From Candidatus Velthaea sp. (lineage in GTDB: Bacteria > Vulcanimicrobiota > Vulcanimicrobiia > Vulcanimicrobiales > Vulcanimicrobiaceae), in assembly GCA_965214935.1 (NCBI GenBank), contig CBDCCS010000018.1:160001-224000 (forward strand): DNA of 64,000 nucleotides. Direction: 5' to 3'. The notes beneath the pieces are model-generated. The model saw only the letters and a program-made list of their open reading frames with translations, was not told where the DNA came from and did no database searches. The position numbers were made by a program, and so were the translations under genes. Shown here one piece after another: positions 61,122-64,000 of this stretch. How positions within the stretch are numbered: position 1 is the first letter of the stretch; each line of letters opens with the position of its first letter.

Positions 61122-61873
61122 ACGAACGTTTGCTTTCGGCCACGGCAGGCTGCGCCGGTTTGCTCGCGTTGCTCGTTGCCTGGGAGGTCGCCGGGCGCTC
61201 GGGCATACTCGGACCGTCATGGCCGCCGTTTTCCGCTGTCGCAAGCTTCATTCGAGCGCCCGAACATCGCGCGTTGCTGACTGCGGCCGCCCTGCAGACA
61301 TCGAGCGAAAGTGCGCTCGGGTATGTCGCGGGCAGCATCTTGGGTTGCGGACTTGCTCTCGTCGCGGTGCTGCTGCCGCCGACGGCGTTCGGCATCGACC
61401 GCCTCGCTGCCATCGTCAACGGGATCCCGGTGATCGCGGTCGGTGCACTGTGCGCGATCGTCGCACCGCCCGCAATCAACCCGGTCGCCGTCGCGGCGTT
61501 GGCGGTTTTTTTCATGATCTTCGTCGCCGCAACAGCGGGTTTCCAAGCCACGCCGTCCGCCCAACGCGACGTGCTCGCGGTATTAGGCGCTTCGCGCTGG
61601 ACGGTGTTCCGCCGTTTGCAGCTGCCCGCCGCGTTCCCCGCAATCGCCGACGGTCTGCGGCTAAGTGCGCCGGTAAGCGTCGTCGGCGCCATCGTCGGCG
61701 AGTGGTTCGCGGCCGACCGCGGTTTAGGGCCGTTACTGGTAAACGCCATGCAAAATTATCAGATTGCGCTACTCTGGTCCGCCGCGTCGATCGGATCGCT
61801 CATCTCGCTAACGGCGTTTCTGTTCCTCGGCTTCGTACAACGTGCGGCAGCGCGGCGCTACGGCAACGCGTGA
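61118..61873 (+). CDS. ABC importer permease (SsuC/TauC-like)
   Basis: LGASRWTVFRRLQLPAA, GAIVGEW, GLG. Confidence 0.88.
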   Translation: MNERLLSATAGCAGLLALLVAWEVAGRSGILGPSWPPFSAVASFIRAPEHRALLTAAALQTSSESALGYVAGSILGCGLALVAVLLPPTAFGIDRLAAIVNGIPVIAVGALCAIVAPPAINPVAVAALAVFFMIFVAATAGFQATPSAQRDVLAVLGASRWTVFRRLQLPAAFPAIADGLRLSAPVSVVGAIVGEWFAADRGLGPLLVNAMQNYQIALLWSAASIGSLISLTAFLFLGFVQRAAARRYGNA

Positions 61874-61883
61874 CGCCGGCGTG

Positions 61884-62630
61884 ATGCGCTTGCGTGCGGC
61901 GTTTGCCGCATACTGGCCGCTAGCGCTCGTAGTCGGTGTCTGGCAGGCGTGGATAAGCGGCGGTCATGTCGTGCGGCTGGTCGCGCCGGCTCCGCGCGAC
62001 GTTGTCGCCGAACTCGTTGCACATCCGGGCGTGTATCTGAACGCCGGTCTCATGACGCTGTCCGTTGCTGCTGCGGGCTTGTTGATCGGCACGCTGCTGG
62101 GTTGCAGTCTGGCGGTTGCAACGTGGTTTTCGCCGTTCGTGAGCGGAGCACTGACGCTGCCCGCCGTGCTCGTCCAAGCCACCCCGCTCGTCGCGCTCAT
62201 CCCGCTCGTCGCGCGACTGCTGGGGTACGACGTGCGGACGGTCATCGCATGCGCGGTGCTCATTACATTTTTCCCGACGTTCGTGCTCGTTGCGACCGGC
62301 TTACGCACGTTGCCGCCCGGCAGTGCGGATCTCTTCGATGTGCTCGGCGGCGGTAAGCCGGCCAGGCTGCGGCATCTCGTGCTTCCGGCGGCGATCCCGC
62401 AATTGCTCGTTGCGGTGCGAATCTCGTCGGCTAATTGTATTCTGGCGGCCCTTGTCGCCGAATATTTAATGGGGACGACCGGCCTCGGCCGGCTGTTCGC
62501 AGCGTCGGAGAGCCGGTTCGATACGGCTGCGGCGTGGGCGGCATGTCTAACGGCGACGCTGATGTCGGTCGCCGCATTCCTTGCCGGCCGCCGTCTCGAG
62601 CGTAGCGCACGTTCGATCTATACGCCGTGA
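61884..62630 (+). CDS. ABC importer permease, second subunit
   Basis: QATPLVALIPL, FFPTFV, ALVAEYL..TTGLG. Confidence 0.88.
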   Translation: MRLRAAFAAYWPLALVVGVWQAWISGGHVVRLVAPAPRDVVAELVAHPGVYLNAGLMTLSVAAAGLLIGTLLGCSLAVATWFSPFVSGALTLPAVLVQATPLVALIPLVARLLGYDVRTVIACAVLITFFPTFVLVATGLRTLPPGSADLFDVLGGGKPARLRHLVLPAAIPQLLVAVRISSANCILAALVAEYLMGTTGLGRLFAASESRFDTAAAWAACLTATLMSVAAFLAGRRLERSARSIYTP

Positions 62631-62648
62631 TGCGTTCGCGCCGGGGCG

Positions 62649-63512
62649 TCAGTCCAAGACGTCGGGACCGCCGAAATAGCGCATGAGAATCGGCTTGAGC
62701 GGGCGGTCCGGCTTATAGCCGTCGGGCGGCGGCTGCAACGGTATGCGTTTGTCGCCGCGCGCGAACGGATCGTCGCCGATCGCATAGTGGAACGGCCAGG
62801 GAACGGCGTCGGACTCGTACGTGCCGTCGCCGTGCACGTAGGAATAGCGTACGTAATACCACATTGTATTTCCGATCCGCTGCCGCGAGATCGGCCAGAT
62901 GTCTCCGTCGCCCGGGTTCATGCCTTCATGGATGCCGGCAACGTGCGTGCTGTAGTGTTTCATCGTCACGACCGGTGTCTCGTCGCTCGCGCTTTGAACG
63001 CTGCCGAGCGTCTGACGCGACTCGGCGATCGTTTTCGAGAATGACTGCGTGAGTACGGCAATTTGCCGATCGGAATACGCGCGTTGCGGTTTTGCAATAA
63101 CGGCAGGTGCAAGCGGTTTGATGCGGCGCGGTGTAACGACCGGCGACCTTGCGAAGGCGGTCGCCGGCGCTTGTGCCGGCGCGTGAACGGCGATGTGGGC
63201 AAGTTCGTGTTTCGGTTGTGGTGCTGCCGGTGCGGCCGTTGCGATCGGATGCGGTCGCGGGGCAACGCGCGTTACGCGATTTTCATGCGCGGGCGCAGCC
63301 GCCGCTGCAGCGCGGTGCTCGATGCGAATAACGGTGGCCGCGGGTGGCGCTTCCTGGCGGCTCGCCCAGACCATCGGTCGCGGCGTTATCCGCGCCAGCG
63401 TACGCGCCCATAACGCCCACAAACCGCCGCCGAGGAGGTGAAGAAGCACCGAAAGTACGAGGCCCAGAAGCAGCAGGGAGCGCGTTCGCTGCCGGGGCCG
63501 AGAAAGCGTCAT
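62649..63512 (-). CDS. Membrane-anchored protein with Pro/Ala-rich linker (TonB-like topology) and aromatic C-terminal domain
   Basis: LSVLLH TM anchor (SxxxH), long P/A linker, WYYVRYSYVH..WPFHY domain. Confidence 0.6.
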   Translation of the reverse strand: MTLSRPRQRTRSLLLLGLVLSVLLHLLGGGLWALWARTLARITPRPMVWASRQEAPPAATVIRIEHRAAAAAAPAHENRVTRVAPRPHPIATAAPAAPQPKHELAHIAVHAPAQAPATAFARSPVVTPRRIKPLAPAVIAKPQRAYSDRQIAVLTQSFSKTIAESRQTLGSVQSASDETPVVTMKHYSTHVAGIHEGMNPGDGDIWPISRQRIGNTMWYYVRYSYVHGDGTYESDAVPWPFHYAIGDDPFARGDKRIPLQPPPDGYKPDRPLKPILMRYFGGPDVLD

Positions 63513-63769
63513 GCAGTGGACCGTACGTTCGACCCGCACGCGGCTCAACCATAGCCCCGTCAGCGGTCGCTGCCGCAATGATGGCACCGAAGTCTGTGAA
63601 GCATCCGGGAAAGGCGTCGTGCTGCATGCCGGACGAGTTGTGTTCCGCCGTGCCGATTCGAGCAGCGGGTGCAAACGGCCGGCAGCGCGCATTCTTCTTC
63701 CCGGCGCTTCGTCACGAGCCGCCGGCGCCGGAGGATCACACGATGCGCCGTCAACGCAATTATAGTAGA

Positions 63770-64000
63770 ATGAAGCGGGTCGAAATCGTCGTCGAAGCTC
63801 GGCAAGTCGACGCACTCCTCGCAGTCGTGCAACTGCACGCAACGGGATATACGCTTATCCCTGGTGCGACCGGGCTGGGAGAACACGGCTATCGCGACCG
63901 CGAGATGGTCGTGCTCGTTACCGTCGTCACCGCCGATCATCTCGATGCGATCGTCGATGCGATGTTGCCATCGCTGGGCGAACGAGCAAATATCGTTCTC
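63770..64000 (+). CDS. PII-like protein, truncated by the window edge
   Basis: Read manually: MKRVEIVVEA...ATGYTLIPGATGLGEHGYR...LVTVV...IVDAM. Confidence 0.7.
   Translation, partial: MKRVEIVVEARQVDALLAVVQLHATGYTLIPGATGLGEHGYRDREMVVLVTVVTADHLDAIVDAMLPSLGERANIVL

Overview
GC-rich chromosomal segment from a diderm bacterium (secretin and TonB-dependent receptors present; the gene style suggests Candidatus Eremiobacterota/Vulcanimicrobiota, which is inference only). 1-19.1 kb: a divergently transcribed Tad/Flp pilus locus (two Flp pilins, two A24 prepilin peptidases, CpaB, secretin, TadB/C, three pseudopilins, and a single CpaE-CpaF double-P-loop fusion). It carries an O-acyltransferase overlapping its last gene and sits next to three GT-C-type membrane glycosyltransferase-like genes and a compact ATPase-BTAD regulator. 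19-40 kb: ABC-2 exporter, an attenuator-controlled small operon, SF2 and DEAD-box helicases, P450, kup, azoR/tetR, MFS/MBL/MarC and PhyH. 40-50.5 kb: outer-membrane cluster of two TonB-dependent receptors, a broken RAPP-ending membrane leader ORF between them, a secreted protein and a putative beta-barrel. 50.5-64 kb: galKT, an RCK channel with a TVGGG filter, two transglutaminase-like genes, a hom-methyltransferase-ppc-ABC run and a partial PII-like gene. The strongest candidates for new biology are the RAPP arrest-peptide leader, the pilus glycosylation/acylation cassette, the leader-peptide attenuator and the non-canonical channel filter. Three frame breaks are visible; two lie in short homopolymers and may be sequencing errors. 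I saw no rRNA, tRNA, CRISPR array or transposase.
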